Source: Callorhinchus milii (lineage: Eukaryota). From it: a stretch of 64,000 nucleotides of DNA. This document shows positions 23,901 to 36,451 of the stretch, in pieces. A program made the translations under genes and the position numbers. The notes under the pieces are model-generated. The model was not told the origin of the DNA. It was given only the letters and a program-made list of their open reading frames with translations, and did not search any database. The stretch covers positions 28,148,001 to 28,212,000 of the forward strand of contig NW_024704746.1 of NCBI RefSeq assembly GCF_018977255.1. Reading direction: 5' to 3'. Numbering within the stretch: position 1 is the stretch's first letter; each line of letters starts with the position of its first letter.

Positions 23901-25634
23901 TTGTGGCTTGCAACCTTGCAAGAGTACCATAACCAGCTGTCTTCTAGGTTTTATAGAGCTGCAATAAAGCTCTATTGCTTCCCTTTATTCCTGTGTTCTT
24001 TGTGAAATTTAATTTTTAAATATTCGTTTTCTACAATTAACAAAATGTCTTTCCAATCTATCCTTTACTCTGTTATAATTTTTCCCTTCATCTTTTGACA
24101 GTTAGAAACTGCTTAACTACCATCTTTGGCTTTCTTGTCCATTGAATATATATCAATGTATTCATTTGACTTAGTTCTTAGACTTTTTTTTCCTAAGCCC
24201 AAAGCAATTCTGAATCTTTCAAATCACNTTTTTTCATCAGTGCCATTCCCTTGGCTTAGTGAAATCAAATTTATCTGGTGGGTTAATGTGAAAAGAAGTT
24301 ATTTCTCTGTGGTTTCACAGAACCTCTTACCAATTTGCAAGCCTTTTCTCATCCCAGTTCGTCCAATTTCCTGACAATTCACTCTTTTACACTCACTGCC
24401 ATCAGTTTACATTTGGCTTCTCCTGAATTGGGCTCAGGGTTAACCAACAAAAACAGTCGCTAGTCTTGACGTTCCACTATCTCCAATTGATTTCAGCCTT
24501 TCTCCACTTATTCTTTATACTCTCCCAACTCATTTACTTGCCCAAAGGTTACAAATTCTTAGCACTTAATCAGAGGATTCATTCATCACGGTTTTGAGCT
24601 CCTGGGATTACAGCGAAGGGTTTCCCTTGACCTATCTGTGAAGTTCAGGACCAAGCAGTGAGGTTGGTTTGTGGTAAACAGGTGAATGGCTGTAGGGAGA
24701 GTGTTCTGGCCTACACTGACCTGCCGTTGGGCACCGTGGGGGCTGAGTCAGTTTCACAGTGGCCACTACTGACAAAGCACCTCACATGAGGCCCTCGGGG
24801 CCCTTACATGAGGACCTTGGAACTTTGGCTTGCAGGGTTAACTTGAGCTGAGTGGGATGATTCCCTGCCCCTTAGTGACCGCAGTATCAGACACCCGGCT
24901 GACCAAAACAAAGAGCCTACCAATACTGATTCACATAAAAAGAATGACCAGAGTAGATTTGACACCCAACAAAATGAATCCTAACCAGTGTCACTGCTTT
25001 GAGAATTGAGGGAGAAAAGGATTTTAAAAAAAACTTTTATGGAAGCGGTAATTATTTTGTACAGACAAGAAAGATATTGTTCTATTCTTATTCAAATATT
25101 GTCATCGCAAAATTAATATTACTTTAACTGGTCATTACAGGACTCTACGGAATAGAAGTATTACAGTATTATTGCACCTCTTCCCAACAAGATAACCATA
25201 CATAATTAGCGAGTCTCCTATTAGTAATTGTATAATTTATTTAGCAGCATGTAATCCTTTATTTCTCTCAAATCTTTTTCTGTAATTATTAAAATATCTT
25301 TATGTTCTTTCTAAATTATTCCGTGTTACGTAAAGACATTAAGAAACATCTGTAGGAATTGAATTGGAATGTGATAAAACCCAAAAAAAGGAAGCCAGCG
25401 CTACAGCTAATCCCTTTAACAGAATTTATTTGATATTCCTCAATTCTGGACAAAAGTAGAGATGAGTAAGAATTATTGTGATTTATTCTGTTTTTCTTCT
25501 CTTTTCAACCGTTCAGCCCTTCAACCCTCTATTTTATTCCTACAGCCACTTCTCATCATTATGCAGTGTGGAGAGAGCAGAAGATTTTCACGCTGCAAAC
25601 TTAGTCAGCACATTATTACTCCACAATGTAACAT

Positions 25635-25750
25635 TCATCCACAAAGTATATGGTCACTTCACTTTACTTTATATGCTGTGAAGCGCTTTGAGACATCTCG
25701 ATGACATGATAAAGCGCTATATCAAATGCAAGGATGATTATTATTATTAT
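25635..25750 (+). mobile_element. SINE tail fragment
   Basis: CTGTGAAGCGCTTTGAGACATCTCGATGACATGATAAAGCGCTATATCAAATGCAAGG. Confidence 0.88.
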
Positions 25751-26904
25751 TAACACTGGTTCATCTCTTCAAAATAATAGCATCAGTGTCAGGCTGTAAA
25801 GGAATGAATAGTAATTACAGTCTGTTAAAAAAGGAGGAACAATGAGTCAAGCAGTATTGATGCCAGATCGTACAGTTGGAGTCATGGGGATGTTTCGAAC
25901 ATAGACTCTCTCCCAGCCGAGCTGAAGTAGGGTGAGTCAAAGGACAAGATGCTTGATGAGGGAGAGCGAGTGAAATACACGGTCTAAAAAGGAAGGGATT
26001 GGAAAAAGTGAAGAGGAATCTCAAGGTGAGTGAGATCAGCGTAAGGACTATTAAATGCAAGCAAGGTCATAATTTGGACTTGAGTGCACGGGGAATCAGT
26101 ATGGACAGCTGATACAAGTGAGATCAGACCTGAGGCTGAGTCAAGGTGATCGACGTGGCAAGGGATCTAATATAACTGAGGTCTGAGTCCAGGCCTAAGT
26201 GTGAAGGGAATTGGCTTGGAGGATGGATCTAAGTGAGGTCAAAGTCTGGGGTTTAGCGCAATGGAACTGGCATAGGAAGCTAATGTACACTGAGGCTGAA
26301 TGAAAGGGAAGTGCTGAGAGCAGAGTATGTGAGGTCAAAGTCAGGCCTAGCTAGAGGGATTGGATGGCAGATGAATGTCTCGCTTACTGTTATTAAGCAA
26401 ATGGCAATTTTGGTTATTCAACATTATTGGACATTCATCTTGCCCGAATTATTAATATCCCCCAAACAAAACTTCAGCAAGCAATTTAAGCTTACCTTTA
26501 CAAAAAAAGTATGAATGATGATACCTAATTACCCATTAATTTGTAGTCAATTTTAAAATGAATTTGCATTCAAATGAACTTATGAGTAATTATTTTTTTT
26601 CCCAGCTAATTGTCTGGCAGTTGCTTTAGAAATAATTGTTCACTAATGGTTAATGCAGCAGCTGTTCATTACTAGTCAGCAGCAGGGACTTTTGGAGTTC
26701 ACAATCATTTGTTGCCAGGAATACTGGATGGACCAGTTATGCAGACAGCTCGATGACCGAGTGTTGCTAAGTCAACCTACTAGGAGGCGCACTAGAGTAA
26801 CATGAACAAAGCCACATTTCCACCTCTCAACTATTTCCTGCTCGCCTGGAAATAATTCTGACCATGAAACAGAAATGCTACCAGCTTCACTCGCAAAGAT
26901 TTTT

Positions 26905-26990
26905 TGCGTAGTGGTGAGCGCTCTCGCCTCGCAAGCGAGAGGACCTGGGTTTGATTCCCCGGTAGGGCAAAACCTTAGGCAAGTTTCCAT
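26905..26990 (+). mobile_element. Isolated SINE tRNA-like head
   Basis: GCGTAGTGGTGAGCGCTCTCGCCTCGCAAGCGAGAGGACCTGGGTTTGATTCCCCGG...GGCAAGTTTCC with no body. Confidence 0.85.
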
Positions 26991-27164
26991 TTAATGGAAC
27001 TCAAACAAATATGTTGCAGTGACTTGGGTCATGGGTTTAGAGCAGGTACGTTCTGATTAAGAGACAAGATCGTACTTTTTCACTCCCCACATTAAAAATA
27101 TGATTTTATCTCAAATTGAAAATGTCACTGCATCAGAATTCACAATTACTTTTTTACTTCAATT

Positions 27165-27515
27165 TTCTTCCAATTTTCTCTCCTTACCTCTTCTCTCCTG
27201 AAGACAGTAATTTGTGTTTAGATGTATTTCAACAATCACTAGTAAGCATCGAATCACACACCCTGATGGTTATTCCTGATGTGTGAGCTGAACATCAAGT
27301 GTTAGCAGGCTATTTAAACAGTGGAATCATCTAACTTGATTGTCAACCCCAACACACAGGGTCTCCAGGCAAAGACACAAGATAATAATTGGAAATGTGA
27401 CTGCTGTCCCATTCCCCTTCACTTTCCGAGCCCAGGAATCCTAACCCTAACCCAGGGATCAAACCAAGGTCTTTCCTAATCGCTATAGCTCATAACTAAA
27501 CAATGTGGTGCATAT
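27165..27515 (-). mobile_element. Old AmnSINE2-like element
   Basis: CAATTTTCTC...CTCTCCTGAAG, ATGTGTGAGC, AGTGTTAGCAGGCTATT and CCAGGGATCAAACC...CTTTCCT follow the reverse AmnSINE2 layout as recalled. Confidence 0.55.
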
Positions 27516-28294
27516 AGACATCAAGGATCAGCTGAGGATGAATGGATAAAGATGTCAACATATTTCAGGCACATAATTGACCAAATCGGCGTCACCAATC
27601 CTGACGGAAGCTGTGAACTATCAAACCTTTGAATTGGAGGAATGACCCTTACCTGCCTCAGATGCCCTTCCTCTTGTTGACTTGTTACGTTGTTAACTTG
27701 TTACGTTAACACAAACTGCGGCCGGGCAGACTGAAATAGAAGTACAATAAGTATTTAGTCACCTTACTATTGCAGAGTGTGCGCGGGACAGATATTGAAT
27801 TTCTGTACACTAGGGCTCATCAGGCATCTTGGTGCATGTTTGTTTCCCAGAATACTTACCTGTGATTGCAAAGCAATAAATGTTCATATACTTTAACGAA
27901 AAGAAAGGCATTTCCTGTCCATCTTAGTCTCGTATATTTTAGAGCATTTAGTAAATAAGGAACAGTGTTTTCATCTGTAGAAAGTTAAAAGATTGTCTGC
28001 AAAGGACAATCACACCAATCCTTTATGGACAGTAAACCGCGAAATAAAAAGAACCATGATACAGGGCCAGATTCTTTTGGCAAGAAAATCATAAAAATCT
28101 TTGATTAATTTTTTTAAATTCCACAGGATTAAAACAAGTTCAAAAATGTTCCAACGCAGGATTAAGTTTCCAGTAAATGTCTAATACTAGAAACGCCAAA
28201 TGGAGGCAATCATTGGATTGCCCTAAGAAAGGTCTCTTAACAGCTTAGCGTGAAACAGCAGCTAGCGTTGAGGTGAATGTTCCAGATTTCAAGT

Positions 28295-28485
28295 CTCACT
28301 TTGTACTGTTATCTGATCTCAACCAGGGCAGCAGAGAAGGTGTGACAATTAGTCTCGACGTCCCTGGTTTAGGGAAGAAAATTCATCCTACGTTCTCCCT
28401 CCTGATCACAGTCTAGTGCCCCCTGTTGGAAGCGCACAAGTCCAGATAATAGTCGAGTTTAGTATCTTTCTGCCCAAATAGCTAT
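28295..28485 (+). mobile_element. Old AmnSINE2-like fragment
   Basis: CTGATCTCAACCAGGGCAGCAG...ACAATTAGTCTCGACGTCCCTGGTTTAGGGA...CTCCTGATCACAGTCTAGTGCCCCCTGTTGGAA. Confidence 0.65.
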
Positions 28486-28554
28486 ATTAAAACTTTTTGC
28501 ACAGATCATGTCCCGTACAATGGCATCCTTAAAAAAAAAGGTTATTTTTATCTC

Positions 28555-29110
28555 TAAAATTGGCCATTAATTGTCGGGATGCACGTAATATTCCCATCAG
28601 GTTCCGAACGCCTGCTGTTGTAACGTTTTATTTAAAGTGCAGAGGCGAGTTAACGGCAAGGAAAATAAAAAAAAATGTTGGTTTAACACACACACTGTTG
28701 CTCAGTCACGAATGTAGCCTTGTACTAATGAAAAGGCTATGTGTACCTTATTGACGGCATGCGGTGCTGGAAATGCAGAGTATTAAAACCATAATCAGTT
28801 TTTGGAGCCTGTTGTGTGCATTTATGACAGTGGTGGCCTGTTAATGGAAACAAACTCTTTGTTTCGCAGCACATCACAGGCAAGGATGCCTAAAAGAAAC
28901 CACATGCAAATATTGATGGATTTTTAAGCTAATTAAAACTCTTGAGACAGCAATCATCAGACGGCGACATGACAAAAGCTCGGGCATGCAGACAGAATTT
29001 ATTTTTTTTATTGACAAAATCCGTCTGCGAAAACCTCTGCACGTTTACATTCATCGTGTTACTGATCGGCAAATATGCATTTGTTGACCTTGTATAAAAT
29101 GAAAAGGTGC
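28555..29110. promoter_or_regulatory. Candidate conserved non-coding enhancer
   Basis: Repeat-free and CpG-retaining; TTTATGACAG 28821-28830, octamer ATGCAAAT 28904-28911, TGATGGAT 28914-28921 and TAATTA near 28930. Motif evidence only. Confidence 0.45.
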
Positions 29111-29242
29111 AACAGCTGTGTTTCAGTTTTAATATCAAACCAAGTACTGAACTGCCTCGTACACCTGTACATCAAAATATCTGCCCCCCAAAATCAGGAA
29201 GTTTAGATTTTTTACAAAATGTTAGAGATATTTTACAATTTG

Positions 29243-29485
29243 TTCATTTACCTAACAGTAAGTAGGAACCCAATCGATTGGCGAATTGCTTTTCTGGGGG
29301 TAATAATCTGTTAAAAAATATAAAAACAATCTACGACTGTTTGTGAGATTCTGCTGTGCGCAATTGTGTGCCGCATTTCGTCCCCAAAATAAACAGTTTA
29401 TTCACTTTACACTATATTCTGTGAAGCGTTTTGAGACGTCTCGAAGACGTGATAAGGCGCCATATCAAATGCAAGGATTATTTTT
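29243..29485 (+). mobile_element. SINE, long subfamily, 5'-truncated
   Basis: TTTACCTAACAGTAAGTAGGAACCC middle block, core and tail. Confidence 0.9.
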
Positions 29486-30319
29486 TTGCCATTCTACTGT
29501 GACTGTCAACAGTTAAAACAAAGTGCTTTCGTACGTTATGCTTGTGTGTACAGTAAATTAAATTGTTCACTGCCATCATATCATTTTAATTTAAATCAAG
29601 AAAAAAACTTGGCCATATGTTGGTGGCTGGAAAAAGGAAATGACTAAATGTGTGTACATTGCCCTTCAATTCAATATTTAAGTGTTGTCGGTCAGCATGC
29701 ACCAACAGAGACAGATACTTAGGACTCAAGTCTGTTTTTTCATACAATATTTATTGTGTCAACCGGAGCACAGATAAAGGTTTAAAAGGTTAACTAACCT
29801 CTTGTGAGATCCTTTTCCCAGCAATTGCCGCTTAGCTGTGCTGCTTAAATTCTGACAACAAATAGCTCCTACCTTAACCTTTTGCAGGGATCCCCATTAT
29901 CCAGACAGACCTGCATAACATAACATCAGGCTATATCTCTTCTGCTACCTGCCCAACATACTGCTTCCTACGGCCTATATCTGATATATTAACTTTAAAT
30001 TCCAGTTATTCTTCCTAAAAATCGATTGGAAATTAGGCTTCATTTTGTTTTAATTGAGGTAAAGACTCGTTGACAGAAATGTACCTCCTTTATCCACTCT
30101 CGGTCTCCATCATGCACCTTACACAGCCAAGCGGGAGAGTGAGCCATGCTCAAAGCTTTTCTAGTGCCGCACAGAAGCTGGAAACGAGCAGGTGTGAACC
30201 AACAAATTTAGGGATGACTCTCTCTCTCTCTCTCCGAGTATTAAGAAGTGTTCGACATCTTCCTGCTGCCTCTCTACTAGTGAAAGGTTGCAACCACCAA
30301 TTCAGTGCTAGCAAAGCAT

Positions 30320-30412
30320 ACAAAATACCGCCACTACACTTTACCATCTATCCTGAGACGTCCTCCCGACGTGAAAGACCATGTTAAATGCAAGGGTTAT
30401 TATGATTATTAT
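30320..30412 (+). mobile_element. Degenerate SINE tail
   Basis: GAGACGTCCTCCCGACGTGAAAG...AAATGCAAGGGTTATTATGATTATT. Confidence 0.75.
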
Positions 30413-31194
30413 CTCCTCTCTGCGTGGCTCAGTCTGTGAATGCTCCAATGTACTTTGTCATCAAGTTATCGCCATTTGTTAAAAACACATTCAACAATGT
30501 AATGTTCCCTCCTTTTTTGCATTTGCACTGTTAGTTGATTCAATTGAGTTACAACTAAAGAAATACAAGATAATCTACCTACAGCCGAGCCTTGTTTAAA
30601 TATCTTAATATCACTGTTAAGTCACTCTTAAGTCACTACTTGTGGGAAGGACATTATATAAATACAAGTTGTGGTTGTTTGTTGCATCTTTTTTGTGAGG
30701 TCTGTTCCTTATACCTGCACCAGAATCAAAATTTCTCCCATTAGTTTTTTGGGGGTGTTTTTTTTAAAGGAGATTTTTCTTCCTGCAATTTAACTGTCTT
30801 CTACGAGCTTGGCCTGACATCTATGTAAAAGAGGCAGCCAATGGCCAAATTTCTGACAGCCTCCAATGCCTCCTGTAGTATTGCACTTGGAGTTAGTTAC
30901 CAGAGATCACCCAGATAAGACTGTTTTGCTTTTCCTTTCACACTGCTGGCAGATACCACAGCCTCTGAGCCACACCTTCATATATCAACACAACTACTAC
31001 ACTGAGTTGAATGGGTCTCAAAGCTATGCTCCTGGTTTGAATGCTATGCCACATTTCTATTGCACTCTCCGAGAATCAGGAGTTGCACAAAGTGAAGGTG
31101 ATTCTGATCTAAGATCATATCCAAAATGTGAACCTATCCTCTTTCTATCCTATCCTGATTGACCTGCTCTGAATTCATAGCATTCACAGCCTTC

Positions 31195-31368
31195 CATCTT
31201 ACTTCCTAAAAACACTGATTCATTCAAGAAAACAAATTAGATAGATTTCTGCAAGGACATCATATCTCATGATATGATATATAGTTTGGGACACAGCCAG
31301 GGTGGTGGAAGACAAACTGGATGATCCTTGGTCACTTTCGCCTGGCAAATTCTGATGCTCTTATGTGA
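31195..31368 (+). mobile_element. CR1-type 3' end
   Basis: TCATTCAAGAAAACAAATTAGATAGATTTCTG (FKxxLDRFL); its tail TTCGCCTGGCAAATTCTGATGCTCTTATG recurs reversed at about 46000-46055. Confidence 0.65.
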
Positions 31369-32347
31369 ATGCACCGAAGAGTTGGGTGCTGCTTTCTACC
31401 TACAACTCAAGCGACTTTCCAGTCGTGCCAGTTCCATTCAATTTTCCCTTTGTGTGCATGCATGTGTGCTACATGGACTGTAATTGTGTCAAGTACATGC
31501 TTGCTGCTAGCAGCTCGCTTTAGAAGGTAGTGGCATCACCCAGAGTAATATGTTCTCTGTCTTCTGTAAGCTATTAAAGTGCCAATGATATCAAAATGGT
31601 AAACGAAACAAGACATTAATGGCTCCCATGTTTTGTGCTATCCCTTCATCATCAGTATTAAGTCCAGTGTCAGAGATCAATTTTTTTTCTGGTTGGTCTA
31701 AGCATTTTTTTTTAAAAACAAGAAAAAAAAATTCATTCAGTTTGCCGTGTTCCTGTTACAACAACAGATTGGTTGTTTTTACTGTGAAGTAGTTTGAATT
31801 TCAGTTTGTTAGACGCATTGTTTTTCCTGACAAAACGAAACAAGGAGATATAAATTTTCACCTCAAATTTCACTTAATAACAATCCAACAGCTTCTTTTG
31901 GAATGCAAGACTATCGTGGTGCTGGTGGTTGAAAGGTTAAATGTGCTTTTTTAATATGCATCACTCGTGTAATTTATTTAAGAGGGTTAATGTGATTTTG
32001 ATATCTGTACCGTGCAGGAGAGAGAACTGTACTTAATAGTATGAATTCCACCTGCTACAGCCTGCAAGATTGGCTTAATTTCCAACCACTCCATTTTATG
32101 CTACCACCTGAGGTTGTAAACATCTCTATCATTCAAAGTAAGACTTTCCTCCCTTCAATGTGATACTTAGGGGCCAGCCATCAACTAAGATGCACACCAT
32201 GAAATACCGCAAAATTAAATGTTTTCATGGTCTAAATATTATTTATACTATTTGTTGAGAACCTCCCCTAAGCTGTGAATCTATTGGAACCACCAGCCTT
32301 ACTGCACTAAATGCATAATGAGGGAAGTGGGGCTGGAAGTTATAAAA

Positions 32348-32500
32348 ATAATAATAGTACTTGTACTTGATATAGTGTCTTGTCATGTCATTGAGACGTC
32401 TCAAAGAGCTTCACAGAATATACTGCAAAGTGAATCGACTACATTTTGTGGTCGAAACACGGCAATCAATTGCGCACAGCAGTGTCCCACAAACAGTGAA
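32348..32500 (-). mobile_element. SINE, 5'-truncated
   Basis: Reverse tail and core AATTGCGCACAGCAGTGTCCCACAAACAG. Confidence 0.9.
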
Positions 32501-33126
32501 TTTATCAATTTGTCAATAAAACTAGGCAAAAAACATATTCAGTTTGTTACCAACCGCATTGTTTGTGACGCAATTATCTGCAAGTTTGTCTTGTCTTATG
32601 ATTTATGCAGTCTTAAACTGGAAGGAGTTCATTCAACGCATATCGAATGAACAGAAACAGAGCTTGTTTTCAAAACGGTGCTTTATTTGCAGTTTCTCCC
32701 AATATTCTGACTATGCACTGTGCACAATATTTGTAACATTGCAGTCTGCAAATGGGCTGTTTCTAAAGAACATGTGAACATGTCTGTGCATTTGCCACTG
32801 TGTAAAACGAATCAAAATGGAAATGTAATTCAGATGCTAATGACACAAACTGTGCACTTAAAAAGCTGATGCGACTCCAGAGATTTCCAGAAGGCATTTA
32901 AAATGATACAGGAAGAAGAGAAAAGGTGTAAATGATTTTTTTTTTCTCTCTCTGATGAAGAAACCCTGCTTTTCATTAGCTGAAATCCGGCAATATTGGG
33001 AACAGATTTTTAGCCGCAGTAAGTAAGCACAATTTGTAAGAAGGAAATAAAATGTTGGCTGAATTAGCTTTTGGTATAAATATTGGGGTTGAAAATGTGA
33101 TATTCACAAACCAGCAATTCCTCATC

Positions 33127-33300
33127 ATAATAATACTTATATTTGATATAGCATTTTATCACATCGTTGAGACGTTTCAAAGCACTTCACAGAATATACT
33201 GTAAAGTGGATTGACTGTATATTTTGTGCGCGAAACGTGTAAGCCAATTGGGTACAGCAGCGTCCACAAACCGTGGTGGATTGAGTGACCAAATAATTAC
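33127..33300 (-). mobile_element. SINE, 5'-truncated
   Basis: Reverse tail and core to GGATTGAGTGACCAAAT. Confidence 0.9.
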
Positions 33301-33614
33301 TATTAATGTTTCATTGGGGATTATTACCAGTTCTGGTTCCAATTCCTGTACTAATTCCGATGTTGTTTTGCAAACGCAGACATTGTTTTGTTTTTTGACT
33401 GTTTCTTGGCTCATAAAAGGCACACAAAATAACAACATAAAGGTTGGAAAGCAATATGCTGCCACAAAACCTCCTTTGTCATGTCCAGGATTCCTTTTTT
33501 AAGCAGTAAAAGTAAATGAATTTGGTAGCGCATCAAGCAATTTTAGTCACACTAGGTAACAGGATAGCAGTTTAAATAAACAAGAAGCTCAAGAGTAAAA
33601 ACAGAATCAAATCA

Positions 33615-33845
33615 GTAAAGGTGGAAACCTGGAACTCTCTCCCCAAAAAGGTTGTGGATGCTGGATTCATTCAAATTTCCAAGACTGAGGTCGATAGATT
33701 TCTGTTAGGCCAGGGTATCAAGGGATATAGGGCAACGGTGGGTAATTGAAGTTGAGGTACAGATCAGCCATGATTTTATAGGATGATGGAACAGGCTCGA
33801 GTGGCTAAATGGCCTGCTCCTGTTCCTATGTTTCTATGTTCCTAT
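33615..33845 (+). mobile_element. CR1-type LINE 3' end
   Basis: TGGAACTCTCTCCCC...AAGACTGAGGTCGATAGATTTCTG...ATCAAGGGATA (WNSLP...KTEVDRFL...IKG) and tail GGCCTGCTCCTGTTCCTATGTT. Confidence 0.9.
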
Positions 33846-34344
33846 TGTGCAAACCAGTAGTCCAATATGAGCTGGAAGTTCAATACATGGCTAACTTCGT
33901 AGAAGTGTGTTGGAAAAAAATTCACCTCCAGCGCAGCACACACAGGGAGGGACCAGTCGATGGATTAAATGTACCATCAAATGTTGCTAAGTCCACCATC
34001 AAATGTTAATTACCACACAGGTGTTAATTAACATGCTGCAAAATCTCAAAATGTACCTCGACTTGTGTGCATTTCTTACAGAACCAAAGAGGAGTTCAGC
34101 TCAACCCGAAACCACTGACAGTTCACATCTGTTACCTTTACAGAGCTGAAGTGAAAGGAGAGCTCATTCTGCCCTTCCAACTTTTGTTCCTAATGAAATA
34201 TCAACACCCACCAGGAGAGAGAATTCAGTTCCAATTAGGAAAGGCAAGGGTCGTGGGGAGAAAGGAAGCCAGAAGAAATATTCTATGAATAGAAGTTGAT
34301 TGGCACACAGAATGAGCTATCTTCATCCAGCAAGGCTTATAATA

Positions 34345-34520
34345 TATAATAATAATCCTTGCATTTGATATAGCGCCTTATCATTCTTTGAGACGTCTCA
34401 AAGCCCTTCACAGAAGATACTGTGAAATTAGTTGACTGTATATTTTGTGGGCGAAACACAGCAGCCAATTGCGCACAGCAGTGTCCCACAAACAGTCAAG
34501 GATTGAATGACCAAATTTTT
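34345..34520 (-). mobile_element. SINE, 5'-truncated
   Basis: Reverse tail and core. Confidence 0.9.
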
Positions 34521-35237
34521 TTTCTTGCAAAAGGCTTTCAAAGTACTTGCAACAAATAACTGGACTGAAGCAGATTTTCAAGCATCATAAGGAGGTGATG
34601 GCAAAGTATTAAACACAATCTCCTGAGGCCTCTTGAGAAGGAATCCATCTCATTATCAGGACAGGCCCTTTACTCCTTTTTGACTTTTCTTCCATATCTT
34701 CAGCTGATAGCCCTTCTCTCATAAATCCTGAGGGCTCTTCATCACGTGCAATGAAATTAAAGGGACCTGCGTTGAAAATAAACATTTAATTCTCTCGCCC
34801 TCATCGTGAAATCATAGGGAGAGTTCCACAGTCAGGCCTGCGATGCTGCTTATAGCATTGCAAACCGATTGCGTGTTCATTAAAATAATTTCAGTGGCAA
34901 AACATGATTCAATTTTCTGGAAATAACTGGAGAACGATAGGAATACTGTGAATTCCTTATGCGGCTTAAGGATAGCTCACTATAGTCCACTAATCTTAAT
35001 TGACTTGCTGCTGTTATGGGTTAAGCAATAGGGAAGGAGAGACATCAATCTTTTCTCGTCAAGATCTGACTAACAATTCAACATGAATGGCTAAAATGCT
35101 GAGATGTTTCCTATCAATTTGATGAACTTCCCCATAGCATACAATTGGATGCTAGTATCCTGTTTGATAGACACTGGTATAACAGTTCCTAGTTATAGGT
35201 CCTTCGCCTTCACCTTTAGCTTAACTAACTTACTTAC

Positions 35238-35376
35238 CTTGAAAAGTAGGCAAAAAAATACAACATATCTCTGACTGTACGTAAATGCCATTCTGGAGTT
35301 GTTAACTTTACCAAAAAGGGTGTATTTTTAAATTGAGAATCTAGATCAAGGACTGAGGAGTGGTGCAATGCACCAA
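35238..35376 (-). other. Exon-like segment (139 nt), gene unidentified
   Basis: Pyrimidine-rich acceptor ending TTTTATACCTTAG, consensus donor AAG|GTAAGT and one open frame (GALHHSSVLDLDSQFKNTPFLVKLTTPEWHLRTVRDMLYFFAYFS). Confidence 0.3.
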
Positions 35377-35679
35377 CTAAGGTATAAAAGATTAACAGAG
35401 AAACAAGACAAATGCAGAAATAATTCTTTGGTGACATCAAGCTTGGATTTTTAAAGATAATTGTTGCACCAAGTAACAGCTGTAAGGAGGTCCTGGGAAA
35501 GAATTTGTTTGTTTCTGGATGAATGGTGGAGAGAAAGAAGATGGGGAGATGATGTACTTGAATCTTGAGAGAAACAAGACAGGAAAGATACATTTCAGAG
35601 GGCATGTAGAAATATATGAGAAGCTAGTGGGATAGAGAAAGTGAATCTAGAATATCTCTAGACACACCAAAGCAGCAGG

Positions 35680-35878
35680 ACAGGGGAAGTGGGTTAAAAC
35701 AGACACCAGGAAGTATTTCTTTACACAGAGGATAATGCAACTGGAGCAGAGAACTGGACACTAGAGTCTCATTTAAGATATAGCTTGATGCTGTAATGGG
35801 AAGTAAGTAGTATTCTGAAAAGATTAGATCAAATCGAATTAAGAGTCTTCTACATCTGTACCGCTTGTGACTTTATGA
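35680..35878 (+). mobile_element. Decayed CR1 3' end
   Basis: AGGAAGTATTTCTTTACACAGAGG (RKYFFTQR) and TCATTTAAGATATAGCTTGATGCTG. Confidence 0.7.
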
Positions 35879-36451
35879 AAATTCAGAGGCATTGACTGGA
35901 AACTAATGTACAGCACAAACAGATAAAGCTGAGCTTCTTGGAAGCTGCTTTAGGCATGGAGAAGATATGAGGATTCCGTATACTCTTGCAGGAAAGATAG
36001 ATATAGTCAATTCTCGAGCAAATTCTGTTCAAGTTGTCTTTTACATGCTTTGTGCCTGTTTTACATCAAGAAAAAAACAGATGTAAGGTCTTTTTTTGCT
36101 GACATCTAATCTTTTGAAGATAACACATGGGGGAATGGTGTACGCCAACAGCTCCAAGAATTGCAGACAAATGTTGCACCGCAAACAAAACCAAATATAT
36201 TTTTAAACATTTTCATATGAGCTTCGTTAGTTCCAGAATATCACAGACAGACATTTTTGAAAGTACTCACCAAAAACTGCTTCTGAAACCAAAAATAAGG
36301 AATGAAAGCTCAGTAATAGAGCTAGGACGGGGTTTGGCTCTGGGCCAGCAGTTCACAGGTTCAAGGTCAAGTTTTGCCTCATGTTTGAAGCTCAGTGCTA
36401 TACTGTACCAACAGTGCCTTTACCCTCCAGGACATCAGAAGAACCTATCCA

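Noticed and set aside
27440-27453. Telomeric repeat CCTAACCCTAACCC
   Set aside because: Only two units, inside a decayed SINE.
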